A DNA stretch of 64,000 nucleotides from Ranitomeya imitator (taxonomy: Eukaryota), in the NCBI RefSeq assembly GCF_032444005.1, contig NC_091282.1:663462001-663526000 (forward strand), written 5' to 3'. Below, in pieces: positions 10,419 to 22,068 of the stretch. A model generated the notes under the pieces. It was not told the DNA's origin. It saw nothing but the letters and a program-made list of their open reading frames with translations, and searched no databases. Made by a program: the position numbers and the translations under genes. Each line of letters begins with the position of its first letter. The stretch's first letter is position 1.

Positions 10419-11756
10419 TCATTCTGAGCTGTCTGTTTGATCAGGCACTGGGTTATTTATCCTATTTTTGGGTACAAAGGTTCCTGAATCTATATCTGCT
10501 TTTCTCTTCCTACATTCCCTTTGGAAATGTCCTGGCTTCTTACAGTAATGACAAGTAAACTTTTGATTAGCAGAGCCAGTATTAGCCTGTGCAATTCTTA
10601 CTGGCTTAGAATTTTCTCTTAAGTCCATTTCTATCCCTACAGCTTTCTGTCTAGCCAGGTGTGGGTCTTCCAAGGTTCTCCAATCAGGGGTTGCGGCCTT
10701 AAGCTTTTCCTTCACTTTTGGAGACAATCCATCTATAAAGGTTTTTGTAACTAACCTCATCATTCCTGGAGCGGTTAGATCCATGCCTTCATCTCTGAAA
10801 TTATTTTCTACACTTAGATAATATTCGTCTACTGATTGTCCAGATTTCTGAGCCACCACTCCCGTTGTTCCTCTCTACCTCTGTCTCTCCCTCATGAAAA
10901 CCATTAAGTGATCTACAAATTGTGTACCTGATTCTATCGTTTGTAAGGCACCATCTCCTGCTTGGGGCCTATGTACCTGTAGATTCGCTAATAGCTCCTG
11001 GAAGAGTCCAGGAGTCATTTTCATTCTACATAATTCTTCTCCATCTGCCCAAACTCCAGCGTGAGTCTGCATAATTTGCTGTATATATTGTGCAAATCTA
11101 ACTGGACACTGGGTGGGATCTGGTGCGTTATGCAAGAGAGACATGCCTTCAGCGGGGGACCAAGGGAAATATTGTCGAGTTTGGTGATATCTAGTTCCCA
11201 TTACTCCGTCAGCACCAGGTTCCCTAAAAGGTCTTGGTACTACCCTAACAGGGGCAAGTACAGCGCCATGTCTAGGTGTACCACAGGCTAGGCAATCATT
11301 TCTCCAGTCTGGATTTTGTTGTCCACAGTGCGGACATACCCATCCTCCTGGTCCGGCTAAACTTTGAGGTGGTGTTTGGAGAAAAGATGGGGCATGTGGG
11401 TTAAGGTATGGGGGTGGGGTATTTTTAGATTCCACATTTTGTTTTTCTCCACAGCCTGTGGGTCTAATGCACCACTTTTTACTCTGTTGATTATATGTCC
11501 ATCCCTCATTTTCTGCTACCCTAGAGACATCAATCAATGCTTGGATCTGATCTATCCATTTCTTGTCTCTGATTATGCCTTTTTTCCTTTCCTGAATTCC
11601 TTCCCATAGTTTTCTACTAAAAGCTTCTGCCCTAGTAACTCCAAACTTACTAAAAATCTTTTTCAGCCCCTTAGTGGCATCTTCACCACTTCTCTCCTTT
11701 ATGATAGTATAGATATCTAATTCTTCTGGTTCCGACTTTGTTTGCTTATTCCCCAT
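10419..11756 (-). pseudogene. gag: ERV gag, 446 codons, with one in-frame TAG at 10875-10877
   Basis: MG start compatible with myristoylation; PPPY late domain; RanBP2-type zinc finger; MHR-like QKSGQSVDEYY; CCHC knuckle CHYCKKPGHFQREC. ORFs 10875-11756 and 10419-10859 share one frame. Confidence 0.9.
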
Positions 11757-11771
11757 TTTCTTATCCTGAGC

Positions 11772-11910
11772 TTTCTTGCCCTAGGTGGCGTTTGGGTATG
11801 AGAATACCTCGTTACCTTCTTCCTAAGGAGCTAGGATGTCTTTTTCTTGCCCTAGGTGGCGTTTGGGAATGAGAATACCTCGTTACCTTCTTCCTAAGGA
11901 GCTAGGATGT
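11772..11910 (-). repeat. Tandem ~68-bp direct repeat in the ERV leader just upstream of gag
   Basis: TTTCTTGCCCTAGGTGGCGTTTGGG...CCTAAGGAGCTAGGATGT at 11772-11839 and 11843-11910. Confidence 0.88.
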
Positions 11911-12442
11911 TTAAAATGTGTTGATGTAAGAAAATCCTGATTCCTACACCTATAGCAAACAACACAAATGCAACCAGACAGAAAAAGAAAAAGAACATAC
12001 AACGTATCTTATCCCAGGCTAATTTATCTGTCCTGGGCTTATACTATCACACACAACGTATTCTTGTCCAAGGCTAATTTATCTGTCCTGGGCTCATACT
12101 ATCATACACTTATCCGTCACCAGGTTTTTGTCAAAGACAGGATCAGAGATTGAACATAGGCGCGGAGGTCTCCCCGAAAGGACGCAACCACGTTGCCCAG
12201 TGGGACAGTCACTTCTTCTGTTTCAACCCCCTGGGCGGCTTATAGGGCTATTCCCAACTTCCACACACCTTCTATTCACATTCACTCTCATTCAATGCCG
12301 TACTCCGTGAGGTGATCAATTCCTAAATAGTTCAAGAACCCGAGCTATAGGTATCCTCCTCTACTAGAACTACCCGCTAAAGAACACGACACAGAAAATC
12401 TTACGGACAGTGCAGGGCAGATATAAGAGATCTAACAGTGTC

Positions 12443-12451
12443 TCTTACCTG
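12443..12451 (-). promoter_or_regulatory. Putative major splice donor in the ERV leader
   Basis: CAG|GTAAGA consensus about 90 nt after the PBS and upstream of gag. Confidence 0.55.
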
Positions 12452-12542
12452 GCCAGTTTTTTGTTCATCTGCCGTCCATTATCCCAGATTCTCTTTTCGT
12501 TCGTATTCTGCCGGTGTTCTTGAAGGAATACACAGACCTCGG

Positions 12543-12560
12543 GTCCCTGTTCGGGCGCCA
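12543..12560 (-). promoter_or_regulatory. Primer-binding site complementary to tRNA-Lys3(UUU)
   Basis: Minus strand reads TGGCGCCCGAACAGGGAC, the 18-nt Lys3 PBS sequence, 5 nt downstream of the 5' LTR. Confidence 0.93.
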
Positions 12561-12565
12561 GGAAA

Positions 12566-12968
12566 TGTCGGGATCACACTCAGTCGGAGCAGCCTTTGGA
12601 AGTGGGGATTCACCAGAAATAATACACAAGACACGTCTTGTATAGTGTATCACTGGGAAGTCTCTGATGCACGCCTGCCTTCAGAGTGCTATCCCTTCTT
12701 TATATAGCTGTTTCAGTAGGTTTAGTGGTTATACAAGTTTTGCATGTTTAAACAAAGAGACAAAACAGGAAAGAAAGAAAAGAAAAGAAAACAGTTTCGT
12801 GGGCGGCAGTTTCACAACAAACAGTACAAAGGCAATTCCACAGACAGGAAAAACAGGATTTCATACTATAGCTAAAATGTCCTTGAATGGACAAATCAAT
12901 ATTTATCACAAATTCTTTTTTTTTTATATTTGTTCATTGAGGTAATCATTTTTGTTCTGCTCTTCACA
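12566..12968 (-). repeat. ERV 5' LTR (403 bp)
   Basis: Reads TGTGAAGAGC...ATCCCGACA on the minus strand; differs from the 3' LTR at about 3 positions by eye. Confidence 0.96.
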
Positions 12969-12972
12969 GTAC

Positions 12973-13487
12973 CTAATAGCATTTTGTGCTACTCAGCAGA
13001 GTACCCCACCCATGAAGCAAGCAACACCGCCTGTTGATCTAATTACTAATTTTTAACTGCATCTAGCCCAGGAAATCGTTTTGCACCTAATAGCATTTTG
13101 TGCTACTCAGCAGAGTACCCCACCCATGAAGCAAGCTATACCGCCTGTTTACCTAAATACTATTTTGTAACGGCATCTAGCCCAGGAAATCCTTTTGGGC
13201 CTAGTAGAATTTAGTGCTACTCAGCAGCGTACCCCACCCATGAAGCAAGCTACACCGCCTGTTTACCTAACTACTATTTTGTAATGGCATCTAGCCCAGG
13301 AAATCCTTTTGGGCCTAGTAGAATTTAGTGCTACTCAGCAGTGTACCCCACCAATGAAGCAAGCTACACCTACTGTTTACCTAAGTACTATTTTTTAACG
13401 GCATCTGGCCCAGGAAATCCTTTTGGGCCTAGTAGCAATTTATGCTACTCAGCAGAGTACCCCATCCATGAAGCAAGCTACACCGCC
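12973..13487 (+). repeat. Continuation of the same ~114-bp tandem array after the ERV
   Basis: The same unit resumes directly after the ERV TSD. Confidence 0.9.
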
Positions 13488-13562
13488 TTCTTTCTTTCTC
13501 AATCTAACCCCTGTCTCTGGGGTGTCCACTCTCCCTCCAGCTCTCTCCTTCTCACAGGTGGA

Positions 13563-13898
13563 CTACCGCGTGTTTTCACACTGTGGCGAATCTTTTGGGC
13601 CCAGGCATAAGAAGTCGTTGAGGTAATGGATAATATGTGCCGCCTTACAAACGTCCATGACGACACATTCGAGAAAGCAATTAAACACCTCAAATAGTGA
13701 GCAGGATATGGAGCACCCCATGGGCAAACAGCGATCTATGTAGTATGCTCCTTCACAGAAGCAGCCTAATGGGAGGACACTATTCGGAGGCACAGGTAGT
13801 AACCGGAACGCCCCCTCAATGTCTGTTTTGGCCATTAGGGTGCCCCTTACCAACTTCTTGACCCGCCTGATTGCCTCGTCAAAGGAGGTACAGTACAT
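13563..13898 (-). pseudogene. DIRS/Ngaro-like (tyrosine-recombinase retrotransposon) RT fragment inside the hAT arm
   Basis: LMAKTDIEGAFRLLPV..YYIDRCLPMGCSISCSLFE..IIHYLNDFL resembles a DIRS-type RT core with YLDD degenerated to YLND. Confidence 0.72.
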
Positions 13899-13924
13899 AG
13901 TACTGTACTTGGTTCCGCATCAAT

Positions 13925-14058
13925 GTTGTCGTTTACTGACCTGCCCCTTGGATATGACAAAGAGTGGATTAGTCTGAGTGTATTGGGTTCATTTTTTGGC
14001 ATTTTTTGGAGTATGTTGGCGCTATATAAATAAAAATTATTATTATTATTATTATTAT
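13925..14058 (+). mobile_element. Probable L2-type LINE/SINE 3' tail
   Basis: GGCGCTATATAAATAAAA followed by (ATT)n, the same tail type as at 61658-61690. Confidence 0.55.
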
Positions 14059-16934
14059 TGGCACAACTCCCAACGGCTGTACCACTACGTCTTCTAAGGA
14101 AAGTGTTCTGAATGGACCTACCACCATTCTACCTAAAGATATTTCTTTTTTATTTTATTTTTTTAACGACGTCTGGGTGTTGGTAGTGGTGATTTCAGAT
14201 TTTTACTCCAGCCTTTCTTGATTTTAGAAGGGCATGACATGCCTATATCTGTGTCTCCTCCTTTTACTCCTCCACCTGTTTTCTTTTCGCATGACTATAT
14301 GTAGTTGTGCCTTTTCTATGTGTTTGTTGTGTGTTCTGAGCCGTTTGACAGCTTTTGGACACCTTTTAAGGTGTTTTCTATGTGTTTTCCATGTGTTTGT
14401 ATGTGTTTGTGTTTGCCTGCCATTGGTTTCAATGTGGTTCGACGGTGTTTGTCAAACACGTCCCTTTTTTCGACGAACCGAACCCGAAAACTAGGGAGGT
14501 GGATCAACACTAGTAGTTACACCCCTCAGTGAAAAATATCCAAGGAAGATCTGTACAGCAAGTACTTAGTCCACATGTCCTCATAGAGCATGGACTAACA
14601 TAGTACAATGCACACTGACAATCACATAGTATATGATAATTAAAGAGATTTTACATTTAACTTCCAAACATTATGAAGTCTGAAAAATAAATAAATATGC
14701 TACATATGTAACAGAGCTGCAATATCGCTATGTTTTTAAAGGAAAGGAGTGTACAAGTCATATGAAAAATTCACCAAGTCCTTTTGTCTGTCTTTATTCA
14801 CACACTGAGTTCAACTCTGACACATGGTAAGGTTTTTAATATTAGACAGCGTAGGACCGTCCCGATCAGAGTTACCTTGTCATGGTGGGATGGCCTTTAT
14901 GCTATTTTTGATCAAAAACAGTATTACTAAAAACCCTGTGCTATTTAAATGCATTTTTGCTTTTGACTTATTTAGTTACAGCAGGGTTTTTGCTCATTTT
15001 GTTTTTTGTAGGTTTTGTATGTTTTATGGCCAATGTGAACATGCTTTTATGTGTTGCATGTATACCAACTCAAACCAAGTTCAATTTTTGTAGGTTCCCT
15101 CTAAAGCGATGAAACCATGAAAATATGACAAATCAAATTCTTCAGATTAATCAAGTCTAAAATGTTTCAAATTTACAAAACACTAACCATTTATAAAACA
15201 CTATTTTTTAAATTAAAAAATTGACCCGCAGAAGCGTCAGACAGTTACAAAACGGCGATCATCCACGCTTTCTCCCGCATATACCCCCTGCATACTGCTG
15301 AGCTGTCCCACTTGTTGGAGTAAAGGACTTTTTTTTTTTAAAAAAGCGATTCACTGAGTTCTGCTTTTCCATTATCTCTTGTATGTGAATTCTCTTTGAC
15401 CTAAGCCATGCACCACCACTAATCATTAAAAGCTGTTTCATGTGATAGTATAGGATTCCTAAAACTACAGTATATATTGGTTTATAGTGAATGAAAGTGG
15501 CATGGCAGCCCAGGCATACAGAAGTCCTGCATTATTGCAGTAAGTTATATTGAACATTAATTATACACTAGATTATTTCTTATCTCTGTATCTGCTGTCA
15601 TAGCCATACACCTATCATGTGAATGACTTATCCTTCCATGGGGGTCCCTACACTTAAAGATACTTACCTATCACTATAAAACACAGGACCCCATCTTCAT
15701 TTAACATTTCATCAAATTGCACGCAGCGCTTTCATTGACTATAAACCAATACATACTAAGATCAAAAACATTTCTAGCACTATTTGCACTTCACATATAT
15801 AATAAAAGTGGAATTATTAAATATTAACTCCTGCCTCACTATATGCTTTTGAACTACTAAGTACAATCAATACTTTTTGACTCAGTATTCTCTGGGCTGA
15901 TTGCGGAAATACCTATATTGCTTGTTTCTTAACCATTTTATATAGTTAGAATTAATACATTTTTGACTATTTTAAAATCATATGTGACTATCGAGCCTTC
16001 ATGTACAGACATCCAAATATCTAAGGAAGTGTTATTATTGCAAAAAATCCCCTCCCCCCCAAAAAAAAAAATTGCAATAAATTCACTTTTACTACCAAGA
16101 GTGAGTAATGGCAGGAGCTGGGCCGCCCCTCCCCCCAAGGTGTAAGAGGAGGACAGCATGACAATGGTATAGAGGGAGGGGTTAGGGCGAAGTAGGTGGG
16201 GGCTCGGAGTGGAGACAGGGTTATGAAGGAGTCTGACCCTGTCCAAAATGTGCATTGATTTAGAACCTTCTAGAAAGTCAACTTCTGCCCCAAATGAAGG
16301 TATGGTTGGACATACATAGCTAGAGCAGAATGACCTATAAAAGAGCCAATCCCACGCTGGAGGACTCGGCACAGCCATATTTTAAGCAGTTGATTAAATG
16401 TTGGGCGTTTCAGGGTCCAGACCCATGAGTGAGACCTGTGTAGGTTCCACTCTGAATGGAGTTGCCCAGATACTATATTTTCCATTAATTTTGTTTTTGA
16501 ACGTGATATATTGATATATCATAAATTAATGATAAATGATATATAATGTTATGATTAATTGGCTACAATGTTAGCCCACACCTATAGTGTTACATACACT
16601 CAATACAGAGCTCAATAAATCCATGATAATATGTCTCACTGCCAACATAAGCTTGTTCCAATTTACATCTAAGGAATGTTTGTGATATGGTAAATTACCA
16701 TTGCGTGCCGATTACCCTTTGTAGCTTCCCTCTGGATACTCATTATGCAGGAGGTTCAGTATATAGCTTTTTGATCATCCAGGGAGTTCTATAATACTAT
16801 TAGCATGTATAATTGTGTAATTATTACTATTGGTACTAGGTGAAACTGTCTATGGTAAATTATATTGGACAAACTAAAATTACATTAATTATTATCTATA
16901 ATATACAGTGATTTTAAAGTTTCCCTCAGAAATA

Positions 16935-18295
16935 CAGTACAGACCAAAAGTTTGGACACACCTCATTTAAAGATTTTTCTGTATTTTCATGACTATGAAA
17001 ATTGTACATTCACACTGAAGCCATCAAAACTATGAACTAACACATGTGGAATTATATACTTAACAAAAAAGTGTGAAACAACTGAAAATATGTCTTATAT
17101 TCTAGGCTCCTCACAGTAGCCACCTTTTGCTTTGATGACTGCTTTGCATGCTCTTGGCATTTTCTTGATGAGCTTCAAGATGTAGTCACTGGAAATGTTT
17201 TTCACTTCACAGGTGTGCCCTGTCAGGTTTAATAAGTGGGATTTCTTGCCTTATAAATGGGGTTGGGACCATCAGTTGTGTTGTGCAGAAGTCTGGTAGA
17301 TACACAGCTGATAATCCTACTGAATAGACTGTTAGAATTTTTATTATGGCAAGAAAAAAGCAGCTGAGTAAAGAAAAACGAGTGGCCATCATTACTTTAA
17401 GAAATGAAGGTCAGTTTGTCCAAAAAATTGGGAAAACTTTGAAAGTGTCCCCAAGTGCAGTGGCAAAAACCATCAAGCGTTACAAAGAAACTGGCTCACA
17501 TGAGGACTGCCCCAGGAAAGAAATACCAAGAGTCACCTCTGCTTCTGAGGATACGTTTATCCAAGTCACCAGCCTCTGAAATCGCAGGTTAACAGCAGCT
17601 CAGATTAAAGAACAGGTCAATGCCACACAGAGTTCTAGCAGCAGACACATCTCTATAACTACTGTTAAGAGGAGACTTTGTGCAGCAGGCCTTCATGGTA
17701 AAATAGCTGCAAGGAAACCATTGCTAAGGACAGACAACAAGCAGAAGAGACTTGTTTGGGCTGAAGAACACAAGGAATGGACATTAGACCAGTGGAAATC
17801 TGTGCTTTGGTCTGATGAGTCCAAATTTGAGATCTTTGGTTCCAACCACCGTGTCTTTGTGCGACGCAGAAAAGGTGAACGGATGGACTCTACATGCCTG
17901 GTTCCCACCGTGAAGCATGGAGGAGGAGGTGTGATGGTGTGGAGGTGCTTTGCTGGTGACACTGTTGGGGATTTATTTAAAATTGAAGGCATACTGAATC
18001 AGCATGGCTACCACAGCATCTTGCAGCGGGATGCTATTCCATCCGGTTTGCGTTTAGTTGGACCATCATTTATTTTTCAACAGGACAATGACCTCAAACA
18101 CACCTTCAGGCTGTGTAAGGGCTATTTGACCAAGAAGGAGAGTGATAGGGTGCTACACCAGATGACCTTGCCTCCACAGTCACCAGATCTGAACCCAATC
18201 GAGATGGTTTGGGGTGAGCTGGACTGCAGAGTGAAGGCAAAAGGGCCAACAAGTGTTAAGCATCTCTGGGAACTCCTTCAAGATTGTTGGAAACC
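16935..18295 (+). mobile_element. Tc1/mariner transposon, 3'-truncated; transposase pseudogene at 17346-18317
   Basis: TA|CAGTACAGACCAAAAGTTTGGACAC left end. HTH region MARKKQLSKEKRVAII. DD34E-type motifs WSDESKF, QQDNDLKH and SPDLNPIEMVW. In-frame TGA at 17577-17579. No right TIR seen. Confidence 0.92.
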
Positions 18296-21200
18296 CAGTT
18301 GGTATTTAAACTATTAATGTCAACTATACTTTCATGAAAAGAGGATGGCCTAGACATTAGTATTGTCCCTTTTTACCCTTGTTTTCTCACACTTCATGCA
18401 TCTTCCACCACTATGGCTATCACAACTCTAAGCTTAGATGTCAATTTACTTTAGCTTCTAGAGTAAGATTGTAACTTGGAGGAATAAAGAGCAACAAAGT
18501 ACATTTATGCAAGAGTCATAGGAAGTTGGTTAATACTAAGGACTGTCTAAATCACATTACTTATCATTAGGTAATTTATACTTAGTCAAAATTCCCAAAA
18601 GTGGATGTAAGAACACCTTCGTGTGGATTAGAAATAACATGTTGTGCTAAAGTAATTAATGCAAATCAAAATAATTTAGGCTACTGGTATTAATAAATCA
18701 AAGTATTTAGTAAAAGGATTGCCAGATTGTTGATACTGAGTTCATATTGAATTTCATTGAAATGATGTACTCTATAGACCTGAAAACATTAGGAAAGGAA
18801 CACGAAGAACATATGTATTCTTTAATCCTAAACCACTATGTAACTATAGAAATCAACATGTTTCTTTTCCGATTATTACGTTTTCATTTTTTAGGATCGG
18901 GTGCCTGACTGAATTACCTCTGGCCCTCTAGAACATTGACGTTTGACCCTCTGCATGTTTCACCGTTCCCATTATTTAATAGTCTTGCTGCCTTCAATTC
19001 ATGTCATGTCATGTGTAGGCTGTTACTAAGGTAATATAAAAGAATCCCTGGGTTCTTTGATTATTTTGTTCTGTTCTTGTTATGAAAATGTTCAACTTAA
19101 TTTCCTTATTCTACTACCTGATAACCCTTAAGGTCTGAGATTGTAAATCAGTCATCTGAATTTGGTATGACATGCCATCATAATTTATTTTGCAACACAA
19201 AATTTGGGAGAAGTTATGAAATGTGCCTCTTGGGTCATTTCAATGCACATTGTTCTGTTTGCCGGTGGCGTAAAGTTGCAAAACTCTATTTCAGTACAAG
19301 TCAAAGTGAAGAATTAGGGGGTAAACAGTTTAAGCTCCTATTTATTTGCTTTTTTACTGCTTCCATATATTGAGTTTTCTGTGCCAAAATATTCTACAGC
19401 ATTGTACATAGAATATTTCACTTTTATGAATCCATCAAGTCTTTGTTGTAATCTTACATAGTTGATCCAAAGAAGACGAAAACCACTGTAATGCTGTTGG
19501 AAATTGCTTTATTTTAATCTCTCTTTTGACTCCAAATATAAGATGTAGAATATATCATTAGATTACTGATCCATTTTGAGTAATATTGCACTTGTGATAT
19601 CTTTTATGAAAAGCTTACAGATCCTCAGGAATGTCAGGAACAATTTAATAGAAAGTCAATTAATCTATTAGTATGGCATTTTCAATGTGGAGAGAAAGCG
19701 GTCAGGAAAAAGCCTATAGGGACGATTTCGCTAAGATCTCGCAAATCTTTGAAAAGTTGCAAAACTGTTGTGACTTTTGGTGTTTTCACCCCAGTTTGAA
19801 TCAACTCCACTGAAATGGATGAAGCTGGGGAGGAGCTGTGGCAGAACGTAGGTGTGGCCATGCTCGTAAGTCAAAATCATCAAATGTCCCAATATTTTGT
19901 ACTACAGAAATGCTACTCCAGGTCCTGACTAGAGAGGCACTTTTGGTGTGGCGCATAAGAGTGCATGCCACTCGGAAGAGGCACCAAATTTATTACATGG
20001 CAAGCGCTTTCTAATTAATTTGGCACCCGGCGAGCATGCGTTAATCCAGTCTTGATGAATTGGCCACTTTGTTGGCAAAAGAAGAATATATAAACTGGCA
20101 AATCATGCAAGGTCTACTTGAAGTAGTGAAGCTGTATTACTAGAGATTTGGCTATCCTCTGGAGGGTTGACTCCAATAGGAGTCACTGGTGTAAAGACAG
20201 AGCCATGTCTCCTCATTCTTGACAGATTGGAGAGGAGAATGTTTGGTAAGAGGAAGACCAATCAGTAGAGGGTTGCGGTAGTCCAGATGAGAATGAATAA
20301 GAGCGACAGTAGGAGTTTTTGCAGTTTCAAAGGTGAGAAGAGGTCGGATTCTGAATATGATTTTTATATGCAGCTAACAGAAGCGAGTGATTGGACATAG
20401 TGAATAAAGGAAAGTTCTGTGGCAAATATGACCACAAGACAGTGAGCGTGCTGCTTGGAAGTTATGATTGAAACACCCAAAGAAATTGCTATATTGGGTA
20501 GGTTAGCAGAGGGAGGAAACATGGGAAGTTCAGTTTTGTAGCGATTCAGTTTCAGATAGAGTAAAAACATGATATTAGAGACGGTGGACAAACAATCACT
20601 GGTATTCTGTAATAAAGTGCTGGTAATACCAGGAAAGCTGTATAATTGGGTGTCATCAGCATAGAGATGATACTGGAATCCAAATCTGCTGATGGTTTGT
20701 CTAATGGGAACAGTATATTATAAGAAGAGTAGCAGGTAAGAATATAAAATCAAAATGTAGCTCTCAGATAGGTTACCACTCCATGTTAAATGTAGAAATG
20801 AAATCTGGCACTCATTATTAGGCAAGTACTGCACAAAGTGATGTAATTCAAAATTACATGAAGTCTCGATCTGTGACTTAGACCTTTATCAGACAGATTG
20901 CTGAAGTAGGAAGACCTTCGGAACAAGCAGCACATTGTAAATAGGGTAGCAGTCCAGAGGAAAGCCTAAGTCACAGATTGAAACATCACATAATTTGGAT
21001 TGCATCTCTTAATGAACCACCAAGTTTAGAGATAAAAGGAAGATTAGAGACAGGTCTGCAGTTAGCAGAATAGTTCTGGTCCAGGATTTTTTTTAGTAGT
21101 TTTAGTGAAATGGGTTATGATGACAGAAGAGAAAGAGGGAAAATACCCAAGGAAAGAGAGAGGTTAAATATTTTATATAGGTGGGTAGTGACAACTGTGG

Positions 21201-22068
21201 AGAGAGACTGAAGGAGATGTGAGGGAATAGGATCAACTGTGCAGGTTTTAGGTCAAGAAGAAGCGAGGATCTTGTCGCTTTTTCTGTTACAGGTTCAAAG
21301 GTGAAAAGTGATTTTGAGGTGCGGGAGGGAAAAGAATCCAATCTTTAATGGGATTGGGCAAAAATGTTCTTACGTACATGGTTGATTTTTTCTTGGATAT
21401 AAGTGGGCAGATCATCAGCGCTGTCATTGGTGATGGGGGCCTGTACTTGTGGGTTAAGAAGGAAGTACACAGTTTCAAAGAGTAGGTTTGGATAGTAATG
21501 TGATGATGGTGGTAAAGTAGCCTTGTACATAGAGGTTGACAACAGACGTATACGTTTTGAGCATGAATTTATAGTGGATGAAGTCTTCTGCTGAAAGTGA
21601 TTTTCTCCATTGATACTCGGCACACCTAGAGCAACACTGGAGAAAGTGTGTTTTCAGCGTGTGCCACGGTTGTCATCGTCTGTGTCAGGTTGTTCTGCAT
21701 GCCGCAGGTGCTGCTTCATTAAGGTAATTTTTCAATTTAAATTTTATATGACACAGGACAAGACCATGTCCAGTGTATTCCCATCCTCATGAGTAGGAGA
21801 GTTGGTAAGTTGTGAAAGACCTTGAAAGGCGGTTAAAGAAAGAAGATGAGTAGCAGTTGCAGAGAGTGAATTATCAAAGGGAATGTTAAAGTCCCCCATG
21901 ATGAGAGTGTTAATGTCACAGGATTGAAAGTGTGTTAGCCAGATGGGAAAGAGATCCAGAGACTGGTTAATGCCTGGGGAGCTTGATAAAGAACTGACCC
22001 TCCCAGGGAGAAGGATTTGAAGAGTTTAACAGTAAGGACCTCAAAGGTGGGAAACATTAGGAGATAGT

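Larger units (their letters stand above)
5944..12968 (-). mobile_element. Young endogenous retrovirus provirus, class I (gamma/epsilon-like)
   Basis: Paired 403-bp LTRs with TG..CA ends. 4-bp TSD GTAC at 5940-5943 and 12969-12972. PBS, PPT and gag-pol-env order are all present. Confidence 0.97.
122..14512 (+). mobile_element. hAT (Ac-like, BED-finger) DNA transposon, decayed, expanded by a nested ERV and cargo fragments
   Basis: Imperfect TIRs TAGAGATGAGCG (122-133) and GGATCAACACTA (14501-14512). Exact 8-bp TSD GTAGTTAC at 114-121 and 14513-14520. Transposase remnants lie inside. Confidence 0.92.
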
